From Amphiscolops sp. MND2022 (Eukaryota), in assembly GCA_964187785.1 (NCBI GenBank), contig OZ076409.1, forward strand, positions 42,348,001-42,412,000: a stretch of 64,000 nucleotides of DNA. Reading direction: 5' to 3'. Every line of letters begins with the position of its first letter. The first letter of the stretch is position 1. The translations under genes and the position numbers were made by a program. Shown in pieces: positions 9,218-20,820 of the stretch. The notes beneath the pieces are model-generated. The model had not been told where the DNA came from. It saw only the letters and a list, made by a program, of their open reading frames with translations, and ran no database searches.

Positions 9218-10686
9218 TTAAAATATTGATCTATAATTGAGTCCTGAGTAGGGATTAAAAAAGTTTATATGTCCTGTTCCAATATCAGGTAAATCTGCGT
9301 CACAAAGGTAGGAAATGGAGGTAACAATGAATGGTGATGGGGTTGTTTTATGTGCTACTCTTGTTGAAAGAGAGAATGGATGAGGTCCTAACGAGTTGAA
9401 TGTGACTTCTACTTCAAATTTTAATGTGAGTTGTTGTTCTTGTAGTCTTCGTAGTTCTCTTTGTTTTCTTTGAGTTGAGAGTGAACTATTGTTTATAAAT
9501 CTTGCAGGTAATACCGTGTATCGAGGATCTTCGTAAGCGTGCGAACAATTTTTGAGTTAACACGAATAAGATATTCGTGAGGATTTGGCGATGGAGGTCT
9601 TGAGAATTCTTCTAAAAAATATTCAGGTAATTGTATAGAGGAGTTTGATGCTATTGAACTAGGTGAGTAAACTCGTGAAAAATTAGCTGCGCTATCTGAT
9701 ATAGTTGCTGGCTCTTCAGAAAGAAGAGAGGCTGTTTCAAATCCTGATGTGATTTGAAATGGTAGTGATAGAGAAGATGGTATAGTGGGCTGAGATGAGG
9801 AAAGAGAAGAAGTGTCCAATCTGGGTTGGGCGTGTTGTCGAAGTAGTCTTGAGTTTGTACTTGAACTAGTTAAGGATTGTAATTCTTGAGAATCTCTTTG
9901 TTGTTGAGATCGAAGGTTATATTTATGTCTTGGTACTCTAGTACTAGCAGTTGAGTCAGAGTCTTTATCTTTATGATATAAATCAGTTAATGAAGAGGTA
10001 GTTGGTGAATGTACACGTTGTAATTCAAGCTTGGGATATCTTTGAGAAAATGTGAAGGAACTTAGTTCCGATGGTTTAGGAGTTGGGTTTTGTTGTGATT
10101 TTTTCGTTGGTGATTTTAATGAAGGTTCTGGTAAAAATGTTATTGGGATATTACTTGATGATGGTAAATCAAGATTTTGTGGTAATGTAGGAAATGGAGT
10201 TTTTCTTTTTGTTTTCGTTGCAGTTGGTACTTTGTGTGGACAAGAATTTATGTATTGTAGGACTGAGCTAGGATCAGGGATATGAATAGAACGAGTGGTA
10301 GTAATCAATGGAAGAGGAGGTCTATTCAAAATATCTGAAGTATCTTGTGTATTTGGTATTGTAGGTGTTTCATCATTAGAGTCAGAAAGTGGTGAATTTG
10401 TTTCTAAAAATGTTAGATTTCGTGAAATAGGTTGTGATTGAGTTGTTAATATTTGTGGTTGAGTTTGGGATATAGGTGTATTAGTGGGTGTTGTTGGTAC
10501 TCTATCAGGAGTATATGGAGCGGATGGATTGGGATTTGAGGATGAGGAATCCAGTATGTCTGTATCTGAGTTTAAATATGCTGTATATTCAGATAATCTT
10601 TGGAGTGAATGTGTTGAACTAGAAGAAGAGTTATTTGTAGTTGATGATGGTGAGTGAATATGTCTATCAATTTTGAAATCGTTGTG
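9218..10686 (-). pseudogene. ORF3: ~490-aa Ser/Thr/Pro-rich accessory ORF between integrase and env, one frameshift near 9552
   Basis: The 9493-10329 frame is open upstream to 10686 (no ATG found). After a one-base shift at an A5 run it continues AYEDPRYTVLPARF...GHINFFNPYSGLNYRSIF*, with TAA ending 2 nt before the env ATG. Confidence 0.7.
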
Positions 10687-10854
10687 TTATGATAGTTAGT
10701 TTCAGCTTGTAAACTATTTATAGTTTTATATCAATTAGGATTTCTTTTTTTATTCTCATTCGTGAAATAAATTTCATTTATTTTCGCATTAAGCTTCAAA
10801 CTTTTTCTTTCTTTCAAACTTTCTTTGTGTGTATTTCTTTCTGTATTCCGTATT

Positions 10855-12509
10855 TCAGCAGGATTTTTGAGAAAGTGAAATTATATCCTTTTCACCAAGA
10901 AAGAGTCGGTAGTCTTTTCTTGGTTGTGGGCGGAAATTGTATCTATTATAGGAGTGTCTTCGGGGATTAATAAAATTATCATAATCATGAATATCTGATT
11001 GGTTATCCAGGGAGGTATTTTGAGGAATTTGTTCTTTTTGTTTATATGGAAATGAAGAATATTGGTTAAATGGTTCTGGTTGTAAGTCAATCGTGGATGG
11101 TATATCCGTTTCTTTATTAAATGTTGTGGAAGGAAATTGTTCTTCGTCTGTAAATTTGTCTTCATCAGAGTTATATATTTGATCGTTTGTATTTGGATGA
11201 CAGTCATTAAATAAATGAGGGTTATATTGTTGTATGGAAGGGAAAATAACTGGTTCTTTTGGATAATAAGGAATTAAATGATTTCTATGTATGTGCGATG
11301 TATAACCATCTTGATTATCAATTTCATATGTTATATCGGAGAGTTTGTTAATAATTTTGAATGGGCCAATTCTGAGAGGTTTTAATTTATCGGAAAAATG
11401 AACATGGAGAAACTTTCTTTTTAGTACAAATGTACCAATATCTAAGGGTCTTGGATTGTGATATGTTTTGTTAAAATAAGCATAGGAATTAATCTTTCTT
11501 TTTGTGTTTTCATATACCGTATGGAATATCTCTATCATAGCAGTTTCAGTAGCTAAGATCCATTGTGGAATTGGTTTAGCTAAAATTTTATGAAAGAAAG
11601 GGTTTAGATTTGATTTGTCATAGTGTGTATGAAGTGGTAATTCTTGACAATATTGAGAAGTACAATTTCTATATGTATCTCTTTGGAGATTGAGTTCAAA
11701 GTTGATTGGAATTCTGGGTATAGTATGGAATACTATTTCATATGGAGATAAGTTTAATTCAGAAAGTGGTTGTGAATTATGTGCATAAGCATACATATGG
11801 ACTTGAGTTGACCAATTTTCTGGAGTGTTATGTAAGAAAAGTCTGAGATGAGTTCCAAGATTTCTGTTTTGATTTTCAACTAAACCATTTGTCCATGGTG
11901 CATAAGGAGTTCTTGGTGAATGTCTAATTCCCATTGTGGTACAAAGATTTGCAAATTCTGAATTAATATATTCTGTTCCACGGTCGGTAACTAGGTATAC
12001 AGGAGGTCCAAATTTTGTTATCCAATGATGTAGTAATGAGTTAACAGCGTTTTGAGCGTTATTTTGTTTTATCGGTACTGTTACTACAAAGTGACTAAAA
12101 GCGTCTACTATAACGTGAATGTATGAGTTTTGATTTGATGGTGGGTTTATAGGTCCTTTTGTATCCATTGATATTCGGTAATTAAAATATGAAGCATTTT
12201 CTGAGAAGGTATGTATAGATGCAGTTTGTAATTTTTGGTGTTTATTACAACGATGTGTTTATTGTGTTGGCATTCAATGCAATCATGGATGAATATTGAC
12301 ATCCATTTATTCAGGTACGGTATGAAGTAAAATTGGTTGAAAGCTTTGATGGATATTTTTATTCCTGAATGTCCATGAGCATGAAGTTTATTAAAAGCTG
12401 TGTGGAAAAGTTTAAAAGGTAGACATATTTTGTCTCTTTGATTCGGGTTTGAATCGTGAAGATTAGGATAATCTATGTGAATAATTTTTGTATCATGATT
12501 ATTATACAT
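10855..12509 (-). pseudogene. Integrase of element B (HHCC + DDE core + C-terminal domain), frameshift near 12240
   Basis: LHAHGHSG...DCIECQ zinc finger; MDTKGP, VDAFS, VTDRGTEY and NGLVENQN catalytic motifs; KLKPLRIGPFKI. Confidence 0.95.
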
Positions 12510-12837
12510 AATTGGTTGAAGAGTTTGTAATATACTAATAAGAAAAAGTTAGCTGCAATTGTTGGGTCTATTTGTAAGGGTCTTTCATTATTAAGTATCC
12601 ATTGGTAAACCTTTTGTAAAACAGTATCTTGATTTTGTTGAGTTTTTATGGTTTCAATGGTTATTTGTGTATCTTCTGGTAGGAAGAAGTAATTAAAATA
12701 TTTTTTGTATTTGAAAAAGGATGGATCAAAAAATGGAACTTGTTGTGTACAATAGTCAGATTTGGTAGGATATTGTTTAGCAAAGGTGTATTTTTTTACT
12801 ATGTTTGAGTTTTGTTGTTGGATATTATTTGATGGTG

Positions 12838-15744
12838 CTATTTCATCTTCATCACTAAGAATGTCAGTATCATTAAGAATTGTCGATTGTTGTAAAAGAG
12901 ATTTTGCTTGTTTTTTGTAGGTTTTTTATATTTTGATTCGAATGGAACAATAGATTGAAAAGAGAAGGAATCTAAAGGCTTTATATGTATATCTTCTCCT
13001 TTGTTATTTATACGGATGGAGAATTGGTCGTCTCCGTAGTCAGCAAGGATAGGATGACAATCATTCTTTTGATTATATTTTATTTCTTCATGTTTTACTA
13101 AATAATGTACTGGTTTGAGTTGATTATCTTTCATGTTAGAGAAATCTATTTGAGGTGGTAATTGTTTGTGTCGTAATTGGTGTACTTGTAGCTGTTCTTT
13201 TGTAAAGGTTCTTGAAAGCATATCTGCTACAGTTAAATTTTTTCCAGGGGTATGAATGATTTTTAATTTAGAAAATTTGGTTAATTGCATTTGTGCTCTA
13301 TAGAATCTAGGACTAAGATTTCCTTTCTTTGCGAAACAATGTAGTAAAGGCTTGTGATCTGTGAAGAGATATATAGGATGAGGAGATCCAATGATCAAAA
13401 ATTCATACATTTGTCATGCGTAAACTATTGCAAGAAGTTCTCTGTCTAAAGTTGAAAGTTTTTGTTCTTGTGTATTGAGAATTCTGGAGTTATAAGAGAT
13501 TACTTTCATCTTATTTTCTTCGTTCATTTGGAATAGGACTGCGCCTAAACCTACTAACGAAGCATCTACTGTTATAAAAAATGGATGCGTGGTGTTGGGT
13601 TTTGTTAATTCAGTGTTTGCTGTCATTGCGTTTTTAACATTTTGAAATAGTTTTTCTAATTCAGGTGTCCATTGAAATTTAACATCATCATGTAGTAATG
13701 TATACAATGGTTTAAGGTCTATATGAAGTTTTTCAATGAATTTTGAATAAAAGTTAACACTGCCAAGAAATTGCATAACATCTTTCTTTTCTTTTGGTGA
13801 TGGGATTCTTTTAATAGCTTCAATTCTGGATGGAATTGGCTTAATTGTGTTGTTACCAATTTCATGTCCAAGGAATTTTACTTTGAGTAACATGTAGAAC
13901 GATTTTTCAGGTGCAAGTTTGAGATTTTCTCGAGATGCTATTGAATGTAATTCTTTTATAAGTTCAAACATTTCTTGTTTTTCATTTGCGAGTAATATGA
14001 TATCATCTATATAGACTAACGCAGAACGTTTGTCTATAAGTGATCTAAAGAAAGTTGACATTTGTTTTGTGAAAAAGTTTGGAAGTCCTTTTAATCCGTA
14101 AAATCCACGGATAAAGGCGTATAATTTGTCACCGGATGAAAATCCTGTAAGTTTAAATGTTTCTTCATCTAATGGTGTATGAGCATATGCATACATTAGA
14201 TCAATAGTTGATTTGTATTTTTTATTTGCTCTAGCTAATTGAGGAGCTAAAGGTTCAATAGGCCAAGATTCAAGTTCTTGGTTAGTGTTTGAGTTTAGAT
14301 GTCTTGCGTCTAAAACAACTTTTATTGCGTCTCCTTTTGGGATAATAATTAAAGGGTTTAAAAATGTTGTTCCAATAGTATGTTTTTCATCTGTTGTCGA
14401 ACCACTTTGTTTTATGATGTTGTATTTTTCGAGTTCTAGTAAAAGTTTATTTAGTCTATCTCTATAGTGGATAGTTACTTTAGAAGGTCTTTGTGTGTGA
14501 AGTTTACAATTATCTTTTATTCTAATTCGAAAAGGAGTAGAAATCTTTCCTACGTCGTTTTTATGTTTGGCGTAACAATTTTGGTTGTTAATTAGAATAT
14601 TGCAGAGATTTACATATTCTGTATCGGTTAAATCTGAGTATTCGAAATTGAACTTCTTTATGAATTGTTGGTTTTCTGTAGAATAAGGTAAAGGAGGGAA
14701 ATCTTTTCGAATTTTATCTGAAGGTCGAAGGTTTCCAGTAACAGAAGGTATAGGAAGTTGAAGTGTTTTGTCGTTAATTTCTATCTTGTTTATTTCTAAT
14801 AGGGATTGTGGTATTACCCTAGTACATAAGTTCATATCTGTATATGGATTTTGTTGAATCGGGGTTGTGGTATCAGGGTGATATGCATGTATTACAGAGT
14901 GAATGAGTGAATTTACATCGTTAACTCTGTAGTGAGGAGGAGTTGTTTGCGTAATAGGTATTTCTATATATCCAATAATTCCTCGTGGTAATGTAGCTGG
15001 GTAAGATGTAAAGTTTTGAGTTATAGTTGCACATGAGTCTTTGCTTTTTTCATTGACTATCATGTCTAAGAAATGAAAGATATTTTTAAATTTTTGTAAG
15101 AAGTATGTATATGGGTTTGTTGGGTAGAACTTCGTATTATCTTCGAGTTCAAAATGTAGATTTGAATAGTTTTTAATTGGAAAATGTATGGTCTTTCCTG
15201 ACCTTGGTTTAAAGTGAATTGGTTCCTTACATTTAATAGTATAAATGTAAGAAATATATGGATAATCTGTTTCTGTAAATGTAGAAAATGTAGTTTTTGT
15301 TGAAAGCTTTGGATGTTGTTCTGTGTACGTCATAATGTTTTGTTGAAAATCAATATTTTGGATGTGCTTTTTGAAAAAGGGTGTTCCAAGAATGTTGTAT
15401 TTGATATTTGCTACGGCAAAATCGATAATGAAGGATCGTGTTTTGTGATTTACTTCAGTGAAACAGGTCATCGAAATATAATGTATTATTGGTACTTCAG
15501 TTTGGTTTGCAACTGTAAGAGTTTTGGCTCTTTTGTTTTGGAGGTTAGTGGGAACATTGATGTTTAATTGTTTGGAAATTACATGAAATGTTGGTAAATT
15601 CAAAACAGATACGGAAGCTCCAGTATCTAAAAGGAATAAGATTTCTAATTTTGAAGGTAAAATGTTGTCATTTGTTTCAGAGGCGTCAATATATAGTGGA
15701 TAAAACCAACTATAAGGAATGATTGTATTAGCTATTTCAGTCAT
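12838..15744 (-). pseudogene. pol: PR-RT-RNase H of element B, in-frame TGA at 13414-13416
   Basis: FLLDTGASVS; VYIDDII; KFLGH; TVDASLVGLG; DRELLAIVYA*QMYEF...FTDHKPL...VADMLSR. Confidence 0.95.
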
Positions 15745-18700
15745 TTGACAGGTGTGGATTTCAAATTTTGTACTATCATTTTCTTTTGGGGTTTTAACGT
15801 CTACTTGATTTATTCTGTTTTGTTGTCTGTTTCTTGAGGGTGTTCTAGATCTTGATCTAAAATCTCTAGGTCTTGATGGAGATCTAAATGGATAATTATA
15901 TCGTTTAAAGTAGTTTCCTTGTGATTGAGAACGAGATCTGTATCTTGAGCGAGAATTATATCTGTAATTTGAGTTATTTCTGTATGGAGATCTATATGGA
16001 GATCTAGATGGAGTTCTTCTTTGATAATAATTATCAAATCGAGATCTATACGGACTTCGGGATCGATTATAATATCTTTGTCGAGAGTTTGATCTATAGT
16101 TGTTTTGCGAATATTCTCTACTATTGCTACGATATCTATCATTGTTTCTGTATCTATCATTATAGTAGTTTTGATTATATTTATTACGATCATTATCTGA
16201 GGAATAAGAGTTTGTATTTTCATTTCGATTTTCCTGAGGATTATTAGGTTTACTGCGAAAATATTGTACAAAGGATTGTTGAGGAGTTCGTGATCTTTGG
16301 TTATTGTATTTCTGGTATTCGTCATCACGTTGTTTTTGCTAACAATTTGAAATACTATGATAATTTTTATGACAATAGGAACAATATTTTCTATACGCTG
16401 GTTTGCTTTTGTTATTTGGGTCTCCAGTTTGAGTAACCATTATCTGATCTTCGTATTCAAATTCTTTTTTGTTAGTATTCTCTTCAAGCGATACTTTGTT
16501 TATTTCTAGGGCTAAGTCGTTAGTTCTGATTTTTTCATTAGCAATATCTTCTGAATCGACATGTCTAACAAGTGTATGAAATGGTATTGAAGGTTCAAGT
16601 AATGTTGATACATGTTTAACTTGTCGTTTATGGGCAAAATTTTTTAACTTCTTTGGTAACCCTCTTATAAAGATTTCTTTATTTTTGAGATTTATGGTAG
16701 CTGCATTTTCATTACACCATCCCTTTTTAACTAATTGTTTTACTCTAAGGGCGCAGTGGCGAACTGTTTCATTATCCTTTTTCATGAGTGACATAGCTTC
16801 TACTCGAGCGTAGTAAGCAGTTTTTTGAGATGAGAATTGTTTTTTGAATAGTTTTACAAAAGAATTCCATTGTTGTTTATATGATATATGGAGGTTAGTG
16901 TACCAATCGAGAGCTGTTCCTATTAATGAGCATTGTATGTAAGCCATGCGTCTGTTATGCCAAAATTTGTATTTTATAGGATTATTTTGAGGTTCTTCAC
17001 CTATGGCGAAGGTTAATCTTGCTTCGACTTGTTGTAGATATTCTTCGGGGGTGTAAGAATGGTCCAAACCATCAAAAGGTTTCATAGGTTCTGGTATTGA
17101 AGCGGACATGTTTATAAAGGTATCTTGTGGCATTGGTAAATATTGGGGTGGAGGAGCTAATTTTTGTGTGAGTGGTGGAGGTATATGTTGGATTGTATTT
17201 GGTGGTAATGGGTTAGGATTAGGGTTAGGATTTGGATTTGGATGCGTTTGATACAGAGGATCAGTTGGTATGTGTGTAAGTGGAGGATTATGAAGTCTTC
17301 TTTGAGAATCCTGTGTAATATTAGAATAAGAAATTGAAGTACACGAGATTCCTTGATTTTGAGAATATATATTCTGGGATGTATTGGTATTTGATAATTG
17401 TATGAAGGGGTTTGTGTTGTTGAAATTGTAATAATTTGAGAGTGGTTTTGGTTTATATTTGTATTGGTAGTTGTGTTTGATGGAGGATAAAAGTTATAAT
17501 TAAATGGATCGTAATATCGGTTGGAAGTTTGAGGATTATCATTAAAATTGTTACTAGAAGTGGTCGATCGGTTTGAGCGAAAGGCGGAGGGAATTGATGG
17601 AGGATCATATCTAGGTCGAGTAATGTATCTTGTAGAATCAGAGGTAGTTCTTGTTGGAGATGCAACATTAGCAGAAGTATTCTGAGCACTAGATGTAGTC
17701 ATAGTATTATATTGTAATGTATCATGGGTTTCATCGTTTATGTCATCTGTATGTGGAAGGTTAAAAGTTATATTACGGTTTGGAGATGTATCTAAATGGG
17801 ATTGAGGACTATGTATATTTTGTCTTTGATTTACAACTCTAGTGGGAACTCAAAAGGAGTGAGTATGTACTGATGTTGATGTCCCTGTTTGTGATGGATT
17901 ATATGTTGAGATTGTAGATTCTTGGGTAGTAAACTCTTATCGTTATAGTTTTCAGGTTGATTTTGTTGTTGGGTTGTATTTTCCTGATCGGTGATATCAT
18001 CTTCAGTAGAATTGTTAGTGTTAAAATGTAAATTTTGTTGATCTTGAGAATTTTGTTGATAGTGGTAAGGTCTATTATCTGGGAATAGATCATTTTCTGT
18101 AATTAATAGAGGATCGAAACGTATGTAATCTAAGGTTTGTTTTGTAATTAATTGTGGTTTATGAAAGTAAGGATGTTCATTTTGTTTACTGATGACGAAT
18201 GGTAAACATTCTTCTAATGTAAATTGATCTGGAAATTCTGTAAAAGCAGATTGATCTTGTTGAGACCATAATAGTTGATAATTAAATCTGAAAGAGTTTC
18301 TGAGAAATAAAGATATTGTTTTGATCTGAGGAATTGTTTGATCATTTAATGTTAGGTCTTTGAAGTAGTGGTAGATGAAATTTTGAATTCGTAGTATATC
18401 AGCTTGTAACCAATGATGAGGGTTGTCTTCAGGATTAACCAATGTTTCAATAATTTCTACGTCGAAATTGTCTATGTATCGTTGCAGATCGTCGAGTGCA
18501 TTTGGACTATATTTTGGAATTTCGTGTGCTAAATTGTGGTCTTTTACATTATTTAGAAAAGCATGAAAAACTTGTTTAATAGGAACTTGAAGGTTTATTG
18601 GGTTTATTGTTCTTCTGTATATATGAGATGAGTTAAGTTTTTGTTGAGGAAAGGATATTTGAAAAATTGGGTATTCTTCAGTGATTGTTAAAACTTTATA

Positions 18701-18899
18701 TCTAATATAGAAAAGGTATGTGTCCAAATGTTCTCTAATAAGAGGGATTGTTTCAATTGTGTGGTTCATTTTCAAATGGGAGTGGTTGTGTATAAAGTGA
18801 AATAATGTTTTGTAAAAATGGGTTTAGTTCTAATTTTACAACTTTTGCATTTTTAATGACGGGAGTTTGGAAAGGTAGAGGGGTTGTCGTTGAAGACAT
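15745..18899 (-). pseudogene. gag: Very long gag of element B (N-terminal extension, capsid, CCHC, RS-rich tail), in frame with pol
   Basis: ATG at 18899 (MSSTTTPLPF). Fragments 17831-18775, 17157-17702 and 16339-17133 are joined by frameshifts. Capsid-like MKPFDGLDHSYTPEEYLQQVE; knuckle CSYCHKNYHSISNC; TAG at 16339, then an open RS-rich frame running directly into pol. Confidence 0.8.
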
Positions 18900-18935
18900 T
18901 TTTAAAGTTTATCTCTTATCACTGTAAGTATTTTT

Positions 18936-19118
18936 TCAAGAAGAACACAAACAAAAAGTTCGAGCTCTTGGGTAATTTCGTTGTTGATTTATGATAAAGA
19001 AAAAATATCGTTGATATCGTTCAATTAATCTTTCAAAATCGTTTGGTGTAGGGTTTTGAAGTGAGCTAATTGGTGGAATGTAAAAGTTGAAAGGATAAAT
19101 TTCTTGGTTTGGGTTCAT
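18936..19118 (-). CDS. Short upstream ORF (60 aa) in the leader of element B
   Basis: ATG-initiated, same strand and composition as the element, ends 36 nt before the gag ATG. No recognisable motif. Confidence 0.35.
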   Translation of the reverse strand: MNPNQEIYPFNFYIPPISSLQNPTPNDFERLIERYQRYFFFIINQQRNYPRARTFCLCSS

Positions 19119-20144
19119 ATAAGTTGTATTGTAATTTGAAGTTATTTAGAAGTTAATATTTTAGGATAGAGAAGAAATAAGCGGGTGCAGTAGGATCTGT
19201 ATTCAACCTCAAAGGATTGCTAACAGAAACTAAATGTTATTTTAAGTCTGGATCTCTTTAAGGTGTCTAACATAAGGTTACTGACACGTCCAGAAAAAAC
19301 TAAGGTTGTTTTAATTTTAAGTAGGTTGTGTGTTTTAAGACTAAAGGAGTGGAACTCTGAACAATCAACGTCCACTATCCAAAGTCTGATCAATACTGAT
19401 CAAGATCAAAACTTGATCTTTGTTTCTTTTACTTTTACTTTTACTTCCTGAGAATTTTGAAGATTCGAACGTAGTTCGGTTTCCTCTCGATTCTCCTTAA
19501 AAACGTTTACACTTAATTAAGGTTTTTAGTCAGTCTTAGAATCAGAGTACGCTGGTGAGGCTATCTGATTGGCTAAGTCTTACGGGAGGGAATAGCAATT
19601 GTGGGTGCCTGAAAGTAAAAAACTAACTTTACTTTGTTTGTGTTATTTACATGCCTTATTTTAAGTTTTAAAGCAAAAGAGATGTGAAAATTGTATGTTG
19701 TATTTTGTTAAAATAATTGTTTTGTAGGATTATGTTAAAATTATTAGTATTGGAAGTACTTGAGGTAAGTTTGAGTTTATTTGTTATTGTTCTTTTTGTT
19801 GATTATTGAAAACATTTTTGAAGTTATTTGTATTATTTAAGTTTTGTGAATTTATTTGTATTGTTTGTCGACAATAGGGAAAGAAAGGGAATAGTGCGTG
19901 GTTGTTTTTGGTAGTTAGTCTTGGTTGCCTTTTTTTGTTTTCAGAGTCTATTTCTGAAATTTTTTTGTAGGAAATTTTGTAGAAAGGGGATCCGAAACGT
20001 AAAAGTAGAAAATCCAGGTTTTCTGCCAACACGAAGTTGATCTTGAGACGTATGTGCTTATAGGTGAGCGGAGTTGGACATGCACTCAGTCAACTATTAC
20101 ACCAGGAGTCCACCTGACGTTCAATATAGCAGGATTGAAGAAAG

Positions 20145-20820
20145 TTGCTGTGTCAAAGGTGTTAGAAAACCTTGATAAACCAGACAAATGTTGCTGTGTC
20201 AAAGGTGTTAGAAAACCTTGATAAACCAGACAAACATCAGACAACTGTTTCAACAAGCTTCCGGATTAGCTGTGATAAATCAGTATGGAGAACAGAACTG
20301 TGTCACTTTTGATAAATCAGTCTGGAAAAAGAAGAACAAGACGGGAACGTCCCAAGTCGGCGCCATATCTTAGGCTCAAAAATATTCAAGGAACAACTAT
20401 TGGAAAAATTTGGAAAAAATTTTTTTTTCAAAAAAATTTTTGATTTTTTTTCGAAAAAAAGTATTTTTTTAGGTCGCACAATGCCGAAAAACTCAAAAAT
20501 AGGCCATTCAGGCTCATTCAACGTTTTCTACAAACCGACGGATGGAAGATGAACAAATATGAAAGATGAACAAAAATTGTAAGAAAAGTGGACCACTCAG
20601 AGTGAGATTGTCAACTGAAAAAAAAACTGCTCACTGTAAGAGTCGGGCTTTTTTCCTTAAGGGAAAAGGCGCCGACTAAAAACAGAACTGTGTCACAATG
20701 GATAAATCAGTCTGAAATGAAACCGTTTCAACGTATTGGAAAACGTGATAAACCGGTCTGGCTAGAAGAACAGGAAGAAGAACCGTGTCAACGTGTTAGA
20801 AAACGTGATAAACCGGTAGT
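20145..20820 (+). repeat. Degenerate tandem repeat (core TGTCA...GATAAACCAG), interrupted by a HINE-A copy
   Basis: Exact 44-bp duplication 20145-20188 / 20191-20234, with further variants at ~20299, 20689, 20725 and 20785. Confidence 0.75.
20335..20682 (-). mobile_element. Helentron/HINE (DINE-1-like) non-autonomous element, family A
   Basis: Minus strand reads TTTTAGTCGGCGCC ... GGCGCCGACTT-GGGACGTTCCC-GTCTTGTT: asymmetric sub-terminal inverted repeat, 3' hairpin, T-rich insertion site, no TSD. Confidence 0.75.

Larger units (their letters stand above)
4866..20030 (-). mobile_element. Env-bearing Ty3/Gypsy element B with accessory ORFs (~15 kb); no LTR pair identifiable; 5' boundary approximate
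   Basis: Co-oriented minus-strand ORFs in the order gag-PR-RT-RH-IN-ORF3-env-ORF4-ORF5, with a uniform A/C-rich coding strand from ~20020 to 4866. Confidence 0.93.

Noticed and set aside
15810..16328. 172-aa Ile/Asp-rich ORF
   Set aside because: Alternative frame of the RS-rich gag tail; the frame continuous with pol is the meaningful one.
20010..20130. Possible PBS (minus strand TGGCAGAAAACCTGGAT) and 5' LTR remnant of element B
   Set aside because: No match to a tRNA 3' end that I recognise, no adjacent CA, and no second LTR to confirm it.
20145..20820. CRISPR-like repeat-spacer array (also 44590-45600 and 35246-37165)
   Set aside because: Units are degenerate and irregular, there are no cas genes, and the context is eukaryotic.
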